In this document: positions 53,413 to 63,337 of the stretch, in pieces | Position numbering within the stretch: position 1 is the first letter of the stretch | Layout of the letters: the number at the start of each line of letters is the position of its first letter | Source: an uncultured Verrucomicrobiae bacterium | Lineage (GTDB): Bacteria > Verrucomicrobiota > Verrucomicrobiia > Chthoniobacterales > UBA10450 | Reading direction: 5' to 3' | Length of the DNA stretch: 64,000 nucleotides | NCBI GenBank assembly: GCA_963801815.1 | Contig: CAWDGJ010000001.1 | Span: forward strand, 192,001 to 256,000 | The notes under the pieces: generated by a model | Told to the model about the DNA's origin: nothing | Seen by the model: the letters and a program-made list of their open reading frames with translations, nothing else | Databases searched by the model: none | Made by a program: the position numbers and the translations under genes

Positions 53413-53580
53413 TCACCAGCCCTTCATAAAATCTATCTCACCTGTCCGGCGGGGCGCGCGGGTGTCGTCTTTCTTCCCCTGAATCGCACCACCTTTGACG
53501 TCGTCCTTCGGTGTCAGGTCGCGGGTTTTATTCTCTTTCTTCTCTTTCGTTTGCTCGGGCTTGGTGGCTTCATCAGGCAT
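53413..53580 (-). CDS. 55-aa peptide with a DLTPKDDVKGG motif
   Basis: MPDEATKPEQTKEKKENKTRDLTPKDDVKGGAIQGKKDDTRAPRRTGEIDFMKGW*; GGAGG upstream; hairpin at the stop. Confidence 0.7.
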   Translation of the reverse strand: MPDEATKPEQTKEKKENKTRDLTPKDDVKGGAIQGKKDDTRAPRRTGEIDFMKGW

Positions 53581-53836
53581 AATTTAGTGCTGCCTCCGGC
53601 CGCCGAGACCATGACCACAAGGCCGTCTTATAGGGAAGACTATGGAAAATTAGAGCAATTTTCACACCGGGCTCCGAAGGAAACGTCGACCCTAATTCTC
53701 TGAACTGTACGAGACGCTCCCCTTTAGCCCTAGGTCAGCGTTTGGTAAAATCCCGGAGTGTAAGTCCGTTGCATCGGAAGGCGCCCACCTTATGCTCTTG
53801 CGCAAATTCTTGCACAGAGTTGGATGTTTGAAGTGT

Positions 53837-53921
53837 GCCGATGTGGCGAAATGGCAGACGCAACGGACTTAAAATCCGTTCCTGTGAAAACAGGGTATGG
53901 GTTCGAATCCCATCATCGGCA
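53837..53921 (+). tRNA. tRNA-Leu(TAA), CCA not encoded
   Basis: Acceptor GCCGATG/CATCGGC, anticodon arm ACGGA-CTTAAAA-TCCGT, long variable arm, GGTTCGAATCC. Confidence 0.96.
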
Positions 53922-53969
53922 GCTTTAGAAAAGCTGAAACACTGAAATCTTAAAAACTGAATCGCAGTT

Positions 53970-54539
53970 ATGCTCACGGATCGACCGCTCTTTATTCCGT
54001 TAATTCTCGGCACCGCGCGCCAGGGACGTGAAAGCGAGCAGGCCGCACGGTTCGTTTTCGAGCAAACCAGGAAGCGCTCTGGCGTGGAGACGGAGTTCAT
54101 CGATGTGCGCACGTTGCCGATGAAGCTTGATGACGCCGGCGAGCAAATGAAAGACCCGAAATTCGCAGCCACCATTCAGCGCTGCGACGGGTTGATCATC
54201 GTCACGCCGGAATACAATCATAGTTTTCCCGGCCTGTTGAAACACGCGTTGGATATGAATCTCAAGGAATACATCCACAAAGCCGTCGGAATTTGTGGCG
54301 TTTCGGCCGGCGTGTACGGCGGGACACGGGTGATCGAGAATTTGCTACCGGTGATGCGCGAGCTTGGACTGGTCACGATTTTTGAGGACGTGAACTTCGG
54401 TAAAATCGGCACCCTTTTCGACGAGCACGGCCAGCTGCTCGATCAGAACTTCGTCCGCCGGGTGGACACGTTTTTGAACGAGCTAATTTGGATGAGCAAA
54501 GTACTGCGTTACGGGCGTGAGCAGATCGCGCCAGCCTGA
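53970..54539 (+). CDS. NADPH-dependent FMN reductase family protein
   Basis: ILGTARQGRES, VTPEYNHSFPGLLKHALD, GGTR. Confidence 0.93.
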   Translation: MLTDRPLFIPLILGTARQGRESEQAARFVFEQTRKRSGVETEFIDVRTLPMKLDDAGEQMKDPKFAATIQRCDGLIIVTPEYNHSFPGLLKHALDMNLKEYIHKAVGICGVSAGVYGGTRVIENLLPVMRELGLVTIFEDVNFGKIGTLFDEHGQLLDQNFVRRVDTFLNELIWMSKVLRYGREQIAPA

Positions 54540-54674
54540 CCCAGGCATTCCGGCGGGATGATCCGGCCCATGGGAAGCGCATGTTTACACGGATGGTTCC
54601 GATGGTAGATTTTGAACGCGTCCCTGTTTTTGCGCGTCAGACTCCCACGCTCATACACGGCGTTACATAATTAG

Positions 54675-56279
54675 ATGGAGCAAAATCCACCGCCGCCACC
54701 GTTTCCTTCACCGGAGGAACTGAAGACAAAGATCACGGAGTTCATGAAACAGAACTTCGGCGATCACGTTTCAGTCGCGGCGTTTCCTGCTCCGGAACCG
54801 GCGGAAGCTGAGGCAGAGGAAAAGCCGGACCCCGCCGCGGCGGGGCACCAGTTCGAGTTCAATTTTTTGCCGCGCGACATCAAGGCACATCTCGACCGGT
54901 TCGTGATCAAGCAGGACGAAGCGAAGAAGGTCCTGGCGATCGCGGTCTGCGATCACTACAACCACGCAAAATACTTGCGTCACTTGGAGAAGGAGAATCC
55001 AAAGGCCGCGGAGCACCTTGAGTACACAAAACAGAATGTAATTCTGGTCGGCCCGACCGGCGTCGGGAAAACGTATCTGATCAAACACATCGCCGATCTG
55101 ATCAAAGTCCCGTTTGTGAAAGCGGATGCGACCAAGTTCAGCGAGACTGGTTATGTTGGCGGCGATGTGGAAGATCTCGTGCGCGAGCTGGTGCACAAAG
55201 CGAATGGTGACCTAAACCTCGCGCAGTTCGGCATCATTTATATCGACGAGATCGACAAGATCGCGTCGGCCGGAAATCTGATCGGTCGCGACGTGAGCGG
55301 CCGCGGCGTGCAAACCACGCTGCTCAAGTTAATGGAAGAAACCGAGGTGCCGGTTCGCTCGGTGAACGATTTACAGGCGCAATTGCAGGCCGCGTTTGAA
55401 TATCAGCGGAAAGGCAAAGCCAAACGCGAGACGATCAACACGCGACACATTTTGTTCGTGGTCAGCGGCGCTTTTGAAAAATTAAAGGAGCAAGTCGCAC
55501 GGCGGGTGCGCCAGGGACAGATTGGTTTTCGGGCCGAACCGGTCCAGGTGATGGACAACGAATTGTTTCAACACGTCACTACCAGCGATTTTGTCGAATA
55601 CGGATTCGAGCCGGAATTCATCGGACGTTTGCCGGTGCGCGTGGTCTGCCTCGACCTCGATGCCGACGATTTATTCAAGATCATGAAATTCTCCGAGGGC
55701 AGTTTGCTTCGCCAGTACGAACGCGCATTCAAAGCCTACGGGATCGATATTAGTTTTGATGATGAAGCGCTGCGGTTGATTGCCGAAGCGGCGGCGGGAG
55801 AAAAGACCGGTGCCCGCGGCTTGTTGACCGTGTTTGAAAAGCTTTTCCGCGACTACAAATACTATCTGGCCGGCTCGGGCCTAAGCCAGTTGCGCGTAAC
55901 GGCCGAGCTGGTGCGCGAGCCGAAGCACGTGCTCGATCGCCTTATGGCCGAGGGCGAAAAAGAGGGGGGAAAGAAGCTGGAGGACGCTGCCCGACACTGG
56001 GCCGAGGCATTTGGGAAGGAGCACAGCCTTGAAATTGTTTTTGACGATTCCGCCTTGCGGCGTTTGGTGGAACGCGCCCACAGCGAGCGGATGAACATAA
56101 ACGATCTCTGCGCCCACTTGTTTAAAGACTACCAGTTTGGATTGAATCTGGTGAAAACGAACACCGGGCGATCGAGGTTTGTTCTGGGGGCCGAAGCGGT
56201 GGACGCGCCTGACAAATGCTTGAGTGAACTGGTTGTACAATCGTACTATCCAGTTGCCCCCGCGGCGACCCAATCCTGA
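54675..56279 (+). CDS. ClpX-like AAA+ ATPase without N-terminal Zn domain and with an extended C-terminus
   Basis: [57 protein letters not shown]. Confidence 0.88.
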   Translation: MEQNPPPPPFPSPEELKTKITEFMKQNFGDHVSVAAFPAPEPAEAEAEEKPDPAAAGHQFEFNFLPRDIKAHLDRFVIKQDEAKKVLAIAVCDHYNHAKYLRHLEKENPKAAEHLEYTKQNVILVGPTGVGKTYLIKHIADLIKVPFVKADATKFSETGYVGGDVEDLVRELVHKANGDLNLAQFGIIYIDEIDKIASAGNLIGRDVSGRGVQTTLLKLMEETEVPVRSVNDLQAQLQAAFEYQRKGKAKRETINTRHILFVVSGAFEKLKEQVARRVRQGQIGFRAEPVQVMDNELFQHVTTSDFVEYGFEPEFIGRLPVRVVCLDLDADDLFKIMKFSEGSLLRQYERAFKAYGIDISFDDEALRLIAEAAAGEKTGARGLLTVFEKLFRDYKYYLAGSGLSQLRVTAELVREPKHVLDRLMAEGEKEGGKKLEDAARHWAEAFGKEHSLEIVFDDSALRRLVERAHSERMNINDLCAHLFKDYQFGLNLVKTNTGRSRFVLGAEAVDAPDKCLSELVVQSYYPVAPAATQS

Positions 56280-56287
56280 TCTCCCTC

Positions 56288-57535
56288 ATGAAACACTCGC
56301 TGTTAGTCACTTTGATTGTCGGCATTTTTGTCGTGCTGGCGATCAGTGCATTACAGCTCAGCCCGCAGGTAGTGCAGTTTGAATCGCGGGCGACCGATTA
56401 CATCTCTCCTTACACGGCGGCAACTCATGTTCTGCCGAAGCCATGGCAATATCTGTTCATGTCGATCCTGTCGTTCGGCGTGGCCGCATTGACAGTCACC
56501 AGTTTGCGACGCAGCCGGATCGGCCTGCTTGTGATTGGATTGTTGATCGAGCTCGTCGCCGTGGCATGGATTTGCGGTCTTTATCACGTATTTTTCCAAC
56601 CCTTCCCATCCATACTCGCGGCGGTACTCGCTTTCGTGGCAGCGGATCGATACACCGCGTTCACCCAACGGGGTCGTGCTGCGTCCGCGCGCGCGTTCTT
56701 CAGCGATCGCCTCTCGAAAGATCAACTTCATCGCGTGATCGCAGGCGATGTCCCGTTTGATCCTGACGCGAAGACTTACGAAACGACAGTGGTGGTTTGC
56801 GATGTCGCGAACAAATACGACCTGGCGGAGGATTGTGAGCCGCCGGAGTTTGGCAGGATCACGGAAGAGTTTATCTGCCGCGCGACTGATGCGTTCAAGC
56901 AGGCTGGCGCATATATTCAAACCGCCGATGCCGAAGGGGTGGTGGCGCTGTTCGGTTTTCCTGAGATCGATGCGCATCACGGGGACAAAGCAGTCCGCGT
57001 GGCGTTGGATATAGTCGACCAGTTTCGACAGGCCCGAGTGGCTAACGGCGAAGCGAAGTGCGACGTGCATGTCGGTGTCAGTTCCGGAACGATGGTTGTC
57101 GCACCGATGCAAAATGGCGACCGCCCCGGACTGATTACGAGCGGTGAACCGGTCGAGCTGGCGCGACGGTTTTGCGTGGCGAACCGCTTTTATGGTTCGC
57201 GCGTTTTGATTGGACCGCGGACTTTCGAACTGGCGAGTCGTTACATCGTCGCCCGGCCGATCGACTTCTTAAGCGGGGTAAATTCGCGCGAGCGCCACGA
57301 AATTTACGAACCGCTCTGGCCTGCGGCGGAAGCGAAGCCGGAGCAATTGGCGCGTCGCGATTGTTTCTGGAACGGCGTGGTGTTCTATCGGGAAAAACGC
57401 TGGGCCGAGGCTTACTCGGAATTTCAAAAAGCGCGCGGGCCTAACGAGGAAGAGGACGCACCCTTGCAATTGTATCTTCGCCGTCTGGAGCCACTCGCCC
57501 TGAACCTGCAAGAAATGCCGATGCGGCAGGCGTGA
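56288..57535 (+). CDS. Membrane protein with a class III adenylate/guanylate cyclase-like domain
   Basis: TMs; TVVVCDV, HVGVSSG, GEPVELARRF, YGSRVLIG, EIYE, C-terminal TPR-like helices. Confidence 0.8.
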   Translation: MKHSLLVTLIVGIFVVLAISALQLSPQVVQFESRATDYISPYTAATHVLPKPWQYLFMSILSFGVAALTVTSLRRSRIGLLVIGLLIELVAVAWICGLYHVFFQPFPSILAAVLAFVAADRYTAFTQRGRAASARAFFSDRLSKDQLHRVIAGDVPFDPDAKTYETTVVVCDVANKYDLAEDCEPPEFGRITEEFICRATDAFKQAGAYIQTADAEGVVALFGFPEIDAHHGDKAVRVALDIVDQFRQARVANGEAKCDVHVGVSSGTMVVAPMQNGDRPGLITSGEPVELARRFCVANRFYGSRVLIGPRTFELASRYIVARPIDFLSGVNSRERHEIYEPLWPAAEAKPEQLARRDCFWNGVVFYREKRWAEAYSEFQKARGPNEEEDAPLQLYLRRLEPLALNLQEMPMRQA

Positions 57536-57584
57536 CGCGGCGTAGGTTCCGAGGTGCGAGCCGCACGGGCGTTGGACTGACGGT

Positions 57585-58190
57585 ATGAGAAAGACGGAAT
57601 ATCCACCCGCGCTTCGCGATTTGGTCGCGCAGCTTCGACAAATGCCAGGAGTCGGTCCACGCTCGGCCGAACGGATCGCGCTTTGGATAGTGCAGGCGCG
57701 TGGCGATCAGCCGGAACAAATCGCGCGGGCAATTTCCGAGACGCGTAAAGGAATTCATCCCTGCAAACTTTGCGGTTACTTCACCACGAATGAACTTTGC
57801 GACATCTGTTCGGATTCATCGCGCGCGGTCGAACTACTCTGCGTGGTCGAACAGCCGACCGACATTCTGCCGCTTGAAAAAACTGGTGCGTTCCGCGGTC
57901 GCTATCATTCGTTAGGCGGACGGATCTCTCCGCTCGACCATATCGGCCCGGAAGATTTACGGATCAAGGAACTGCTCGATCGAATCGAGACGGAGAAGTT
58001 CAGCGAGATTATTTTTGCTCTGGCGGCCGATGTCGAAGGGGAAGCGACCACAAATTATCTGGTCGATCTTTTGAAGAACAAAGGCATCGGCCTCACGCGA
58101 ATCGCGCGCGGTCTTTCAGCCGGTGCCAGTTTGGAATCGGCCGACGAATTGACTCTGCAACAGGCGCTATCAGGACGGACAAAGCTGTAA
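57585..58190 (+). CDS. recR: Recombination mediator RecR
   Basis: PGVGPRSAERIA, C4 Zn finger, CVVEQ, YHSLGG, VEGEAT. Confidence 0.97.
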   Translation: MRKTEYPPALRDLVAQLRQMPGVGPRSAERIALWIVQARGDQPEQIARAISETRKGIHPCKLCGYFTTNELCDICSDSSRAVELLCVVEQPTDILPLEKTGAFRGRYHSLGGRISPLDHIGPEDLRIKELLDRIETEKFSEIIFALAADVEGEATTNYLVDLLKNKGIGLTRIARGLSAGASLESADELTLQQALSGRTKL

Positions 58191-58212
58191 TTGCAGATCT
58201 TTCGATCGCTGC

Positions 58213-60282
58213 TTAGGCCGTTTCCAGCCAGGCCCGCAATACTTCGGCGACGCTCCAGGCTTGCGCGATGCAACCGCCGGCGTTGTGCGGCTCTCGCGCG
58301 TCGAACACTTCGCTGATCGTTCCTATCCCGGCGTCGCTTAAATGTTCGGGAAACCCAGCCAGAAACTTGCGCGCAGCGGAACGATCGTGCGGATGTGTTT
58401 TTAACCACGCGTCGACAAAAGCACCAATCAGCCACGCCCAAACTGTCCCTTGGTGATAGGCGCCATCTCGTGATCGCAGATCGCCGCTGTAGATTGGTTT
58501 GTAAGCGGGATCGTCCGGCGAAAGAGTGCGCAATCCGACGGACGTGACCAATTTTTGCTCCGCCACGTCGACAACGGATTTCCAACGCTCTGGATTCAAG
58601 ACCGGATGATCGAGCGAAATCGCAAAGAGCTGATTTGGTCGGCATGAAATATCGAACACACCCGGTTTTCCATCACAATCGACGACGTCGTAAAGATAAC
58701 CGCCATTCGCGAACCAGAACCGGTCGTTAAAGGACGCACGCGCCTTGTCCGCAAATTCCTGGTAACGCTTCGCAGAAGTTTCGTCGTCAGCTTGCCGCAA
58801 CCAGTCCGCGAGCAAACAAAGCGCGTTGTACCAAAGCGCATTGATCTCAACTGCCTTGCCGCGACGCGGGGTAACGACCCAATCGCCCATCTTCGCATCC
58901 ATCCACGTGAGTTGATAACCAGCCTCGCCTTGCGCCAGCAGACCGTCTTCGGGATCGACCTGAATATTGAAACGCGTTCCGCGGATATGATGTTCTGCAA
59001 TGTCGATCAACTTTGGCAAAAGAAGGCTCAAAGTGTTGAGATCCTTTGTGAATTGAAGGTAGCGCCCGAGCGCATGGAAAAACCAGAGCGTTGCGTCCGC
59101 CGTGTGATAGACGCCTTCCCTGGCGCCATCCGGAAACATATTCGGAATCAGGCCGTCGCGAATGTAGCGGGCGAAGGTGCGTAAAATGTAACCAGCCTCC
59201 AGCCAGCGTCCCGTAAGGAGCGTCAAGCCTTCAAGGCTGATCATCGTGTCGCGTCCCCAATCTGTAAACCAATGGTAACCGGCGATGACGGTGCGCACTT
59301 CGTCACCCGCAGCATGAGCGCGGGCCGCTTCTTCAAATCTTCCCGCGGGCGCAATTATGAATTGGTCGGCGGCAAAAACCAACTCGGCTGGAAAATGGCG
59401 GCGCGCTTTTGGCACGGCGTCCTCCAACAATCGTTTGCGCCGCGTGTGCTCTGCGATCCGCAAATCTTCCGGGCCTAACACTTCGATGAGATCCCAACCC
59501 TCGGTCGAGCCGACGAGCGTGACGGCGTCGGTTCGATGGAGATCAACACAAAAAAAGCCAGGACTCCACAGATCACCTTCGTAGGCATAGCCACGGCGCT
59601 GTTCGACTCGGTAAAGGACCTGGTGAAGTTTCTTTGTGGAGATTGTGAACGCCGACCCGGAATCACACACTTTCATCCTCAAGGCTGGCAAACCGCGATT
59701 GCGAGGGGCGGCAATTTCGTAGCGGTTTCCGAGCGAAGTCAGTTTGTAAGGACCGGCCTTGCCGACGTCGACCGACGTTTCGTGATGACGAAAGTGAAAC
59801 GCGGGACGCAATTCGAGCCGCGCCGGCGATTCGCCTGACAAGACGCGGTAGCTTACGTGCACGGTGTTTTGCAAATGAGGAACAATTATCCGTTTTTCCA
59901 AAACGATGTCGCGCACTTGAAACGTCCAGACGGGAAGTCCGTCTTCGAGTCGGAATTCGCGCAAAAAATCCGCACCGCGCAGATCGAGTTGGCCGCCGGC
60001 GCGTTCTTCGGCGCCTAACGACACAATATCCTTGTTTCCGAAGTGCAAGAACTCCGAGACGTGCGACCACATCACGACGCGGCCGTGCGGCGAGGGCAGG
60101 GCGGCGATCAGTAACCCGTGATAGCGCCGCGTGATTGCGCCGGAGATGGTGCCGGACGCGTAACCGCCAAGTCCGTTCGTCACGATCCATTCGCGATTCA
60201 GCAAAACCTCGCGGGACATCTGCCGTCCATCCCACGGCATTACGCGGACAATCGGCCGATGGGTTTCAAATTCTTTATTCAT
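58213..60282 (-). CDS. Glycogen debranching enzyme (amylo-alpha-1,6-glucosidase)
   Basis: EWIVTNGLGGYAS, IAGYHWFTDWGRD, TWMDAK, RPNQ, YHQGTVW, QAWSVAE. Confidence 0.94.
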   Translation of the reverse strand: MNKEFETHRPIVRVMPWDGRQMSREVLLNREWIVTNGLGGYASGTISGAITRRYHGLLIAALPSPHGRVVMWSHVSEFLHFGNKDIVSLGAEERAGGQLDLRGADFLREFRLEDGLPVWTFQVRDIVLEKRIIVPHLQNTVHVSYRVLSGESPARLELRPAFHFRHHETSVDVGKAGPYKLTSLGNRYEIAAPRNRGLPALRMKVCDSGSAFTISTKKLHQVLYRVEQRRGYAYEGDLWSPGFFCVDLHRTDAVTLVGSTEGWDLIEVLGPEDLRIAEHTRRKRLLEDAVPKARRHFPAELVFAADQFIIAPAGRFEEAARAHAAGDEVRTVIAGYHWFTDWGRDTMISLEGLTLLTGRWLEAGYILRTFARYIRDGLIPNMFPDGAREGVYHTADATLWFFHALGRYLQFTKDLNTLSLLLPKLIDIAEHHIRGTRFNIQVDPEDGLLAQGEAGYQLTWMDAKMGDWVVTPRRGKAVEINALWYNALCLLADWLRQADDETSAKRYQEFADKARASFNDRFWFANGGYLYDVVDCDGKPGVFDISCRPNQLFAISLDHPVLNPERWKSVVDVAEQKLVTSVGLRTLSPDDPAYKPIYSGDLRSRDGAYHQGTVWAWLIGAFVDAWLKTHPHDRSAARKFLAGFPEHLSDAGIGTISEVFDAREPHNAGGCIAQAWSVAEVLRAWLETA

Positions 60283-60298
60283 TCGACTGCAAATCGGA

Positions 60299-62293
60299 TC
60301 AGCCCCATTTTCGCCACTTGGGCTGCTTCCTCGGCTCTTTCTCCGGCACCAATCGGAGGGCCACAGTCGCTTCTGCCGGCAATGTCCAGTTGTCCTGAGT
60401 TGCCACGGCCGCGGTTCCCGATCCGCCGTAGCGCGCGGATTCGCTCGACCAGAGAATTTCCCATTCCAACCCAAGGGGCGGTGCGAGCAAGGGCTCGGGA
60501 ATTGGATTCAGGTTGCGATGTTCGCCAAAGTTAACCACCAGAAGCCGATCATCTTTCCTGTTGTCACTGAAATAACGAAGGACAAAGCTGGTCGTTCCAA
60601 GAACGGCGCCGTCGACGCCATTTGGTATTTGTTCGCGAAACCGCGAATCCTCGCGGCGCAATCGCAGGAGATCGATGTGCAGATCGTAGAGTTCTTTATT
60701 TTTCTGACGCTCGGAAAAATCGAGTTTGCAACTGACGAATGAGATTGGGTCGGAAGGGATTGGCAGACGTTCCCGCACTTCTTTGGTGGCCAAAGAGGGA
60801 AATTGCGACAGAAAAGCGAAACGTCCTTTGCGAATCGCTTCACGCATCGGGCCATCCCCGACATCAGTGAAAAACACGAATGGCGTCGAAGCGCCAAATT
60901 CCTCGCCTTGGAAGAGCAACGGCGTCCATGGACCGAGCAGAAGTAGTGCGGTCATCGCGCGGTAGCGGCCGGGTGAGCTTTGAAACCGGAGCCGTTGCCC
61001 CGTCGCAGTGTTTGAAACTTGATCATGGTTCTCAATGAAGGCGACAAATGCGTGCGGGGGAGAACCGAAGGTTGGGGTGCCGCGCGGGGCATCCTGCCAA
61101 AAATAAGGTTGTCCTTGAAACAAATAGCCGTACTTGGCCGCGGAAATAAATTCCTGCGGGGTGCCAAGATAGTCGGTGTAGTAGGCTTCACGTCTCCCGG
61201 TCAGCGCGACGGCGGCGCTATGATGGCAATCGTCATTCCAGACCGCATCGAGATCGTCACCGCCTTCGCTGCGCGGCAGTATGAGTTTGATGACTTGCCT
61301 CTCGTTTTCCGCAATCAAAATAATCGATCGCGGCGAGGCGGCTTCGCGCGCGGCGCGGCCTACCGCGCCGACGATGTATTCGTCCGACTTATCGTGAATC
61401 GCGTCGGTGGCGTCGAAGCGAAAGCCATCGAAATGGAATTCGTCAATCCAGTAGCGGCCGTTGGTGATGTAAAATTCCCGGACCGGTGCCGAGTTAGGTC
61501 CATCGAAGTTAATTGAATCGCCCCAGTCGGTCTCCTTTTCGCGAATCAGATAATCATTCGAGAAAATGGCAAGATAATTTCCGTCCGGGCCGAAGTGGTT
61601 ATAAACCACATCGAGAATCACGGCCACGCCTAACGAATGTGCTTTATCGATAAATCGTCGCAAATCGTCCGGTTTTCCGTAATGATGGAACGGCGCGAAC
61701 AGGTCCACGCCGTCGTAACCCCAGCCGAAATTCCCGGGAAAGTCGGCAATCGGCATCATTTCGATCACCGTGATTCCGATTCGTGCAAGCTCGGGTAATT
61801 GTTCCGCCGCGGCCAGCCACGTTCCTTGTTTGGTAAACGTACCAATGTGCAATTCGTAGACGATCTGGCCTTTCATTTTCACGCCCCGCCACTTCGAATC
61901 TGTCCAATTAAACTGCCTGGGATCGACAATGCAGGATGATCCATGCGGCCCATGCGGTTGATATCGAGACGCCGGGTCGGGATGAAAATGCTCAGCTTTG
62001 TTTACGCGAAAACGATAGAGCGCGCCGGCACCGACATTAGCGACTCCCGAAAAGTATCCGCCGTCTTCCCGGTCGAGCGACTGAAACGTCCGCTTCGCAT
62101 TCTGATCTGCGCTTTCTTCCAGGACAAGATCGAGATCCTGCGCTTTCGGCGCCCAGAGACGGAAGTGCGTTTCGTTGGCGTCGATCAGTTCCGCGCCAAT
62201 TGGATAGCGACGTTTTGGTTTCACTTTTGTATTTCGCGTTTCAACACGTTGGCGGCTCTGCCTGCGGCTGGTTTCCGTTCGCGTCCGGTTCAA
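60299..62293 (-). CDS. treZ: Malto-oligosyltrehalose trehalohydrolase (GH13)
   Basis: PDPASRYQPHGPHG, YELHIGTFT, WGYDGV, DVVYNHFGPDGN, GFRFDA, NHDQV. Confidence 0.93.
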   Translation of the reverse strand: MNRTRTETSRRQSRQRVETRNTKVKPKRRYPIGAELIDANETHFRLWAPKAQDLDLVLEESADQNAKRTFQSLDREDGGYFSGVANVGAGALYRFRVNKAEHFHPDPASRYQPHGPHGSSCIVDPRQFNWTDSKWRGVKMKGQIVYELHIGTFTKQGTWLAAAEQLPELARIGITVIEMMPIADFPGNFGWGYDGVDLFAPFHHYGKPDDLRRFIDKAHSLGVAVILDVVYNHFGPDGNYLAIFSNDYLIREKETDWGDSINFDGPNSAPVREFYITNGRYWIDEFHFDGFRFDATDAIHDKSDEYIVGAVGRAAREAASPRSIILIAENERQVIKLILPRSEGGDDLDAVWNDDCHHSAAVALTGRREAYYTDYLGTPQEFISAAKYGYLFQGQPYFWQDAPRGTPTFGSPPHAFVAFIENHDQVSNTATGQRLRFQSSPGRYRAMTALLLLGPWTPLLFQGEEFGASTPFVFFTDVGDGPMREAIRKGRFAFLSQFPSLATKEVRERLPIPSDPISFVSCKLDFSERQKNKELYDLHIDLLRLRREDSRFREQIPNGVDGAVLGTTSFVLRYFSDNRKDDRLLVVNFGEHRNLNPIPEPLLAPPLGLEWEILWSSESARYGGSGTAAVATQDNWTLPAEATVALRLVPEKEPRKQPKWRKWG

Positions 62294-62391
62294 TGCAACA
62301 CGCGAGCTCTCGTAAAATCAACACCTTGCCACCACGCACTTTTGTTACGAGAGAGCTTGATTGTCGCAGATCAAGCGATTCAAATCGCGCC

Positions 62392-63333
62392 GTGAGCGGC
62401 GGTGAACCCACGATCGAGATCTTCAAGCCATTCAGCGAAGCGTTCGAGCTGATGAAGAAAATCCTGTTTCAGCCCTTCGATTTGAAGAAATGGTTCGTCA
62501 TTGGTTTCGCGGCGTGGCTTTCGAATCTTGGCAGCAGCAGCAATTACAATTTTAATTATCGCGACCGCGATTGGAACGATTTTCCCGTTGTGCAAGACCT
62601 GCGCGACGCGATCCATCAAATTCCACATCCGCTTTTGATCTTCATCTTGATCGTATTCCTTGTTTTGATCTTTGCCATCATCATCGTCTTCGCCTGGCTG
62701 CGAGCACGCGGGCGATTTATGTTTGTCGATTGCATCGTGAAGAATCGTGGTACGATCGCGGAACCGTGGCGCGAATTTCGCAAAGAAGGGAATAGTTATT
62801 TTCTTTTCGCGTTGGTGGTGGGCTTGATAATCGGAATCGTTCTCACGCTGACGGCGCTACCGTTCCTGGTGCCGGTCATCCGTAGCGGATTACGTCCGCA
62901 TTGGCGCGATGTCTACCTACTCTGCACGATCGTACTCTGGGCCGCGTTCCTTGTGCTGCTGATTTTCGTTTGGACGCTGATCTCCCATTTCATGGTCGCA
63001 GTGATGTACCGCCGGCGTTGCAGGGCGAGCGAGGCGTTCCGGGCCGCAATCTCGTTGGTCGCAAATTATCCCGGTGAAATCACGCTCTATTGTTTGTTTT
63101 GGATCGCACTGGCTATCGCGGCGGGAATGGCCTCTTGCGTCGTGATTCTCGCGACCTGTTGCATCGCACTCATCCCTTACATCGGCACCGTGATACTCTT
63201 GCCGGTCTTCGTTTGTTTGCGCGCGTTCGGACTTCGTTTTATCCGGCAATTCGGACCCGACTACGATGTTTGGGCTTCGGGTGTTGAGCCGCCGCCGGCT
63301 GCTTTGCCAACGCCGCCGCCCTTGCCCAGCTAG
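62392..63333 (+). CDS. Hypothetical polytopic membrane protein
   Basis: Several TM segments, Pro-rich tail. Confidence 0.75.
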   Translation: MSGGEPTIEIFKPFSEAFELMKKILFQPFDLKKWFVIGFAAWLSNLGSSSNYNFNYRDRDWNDFPVVQDLRDAIHQIPHPLLIFILIVFLVLIFAIIIVFAWLRARGRFMFVDCIVKNRGTIAEPWREFRKEGNSYFLFALVVGLIIGIVLTLTALPFLVPVIRSGLRPHWRDVYLLCTIVLWAAFLVLLIFVWTLISHFMVAVMYRRRCRASEAFRAAISLVANYPGEITLYCLFWIALAIAAGMASCVVILATCCIALIPYIGTVILLPVFVCLRAFGLRFIRQFGPDYDVWASGVEPPPAALPTPPPLPS

Positions 63334-63337
63334 TCAG

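Larger units (their letters stand above)
32367..53875. mobile_element. Composite genomic island at tRNA-Leu; no integrase recognised
   Basis: 39-bp direct repeats, accessory cargo, gene remnants, core genes on both flanks. Confidence 0.8.

Noticed and set aside
48995..53580. Lasso peptide cluster (AsnB-like cyclase plus small peptide)
   Set aside because: AsnB keeps the Cys2 glutaminase domain, no B1/B2 proteins are seen, the peptide lacks lasso leader features, and an att copy separates them
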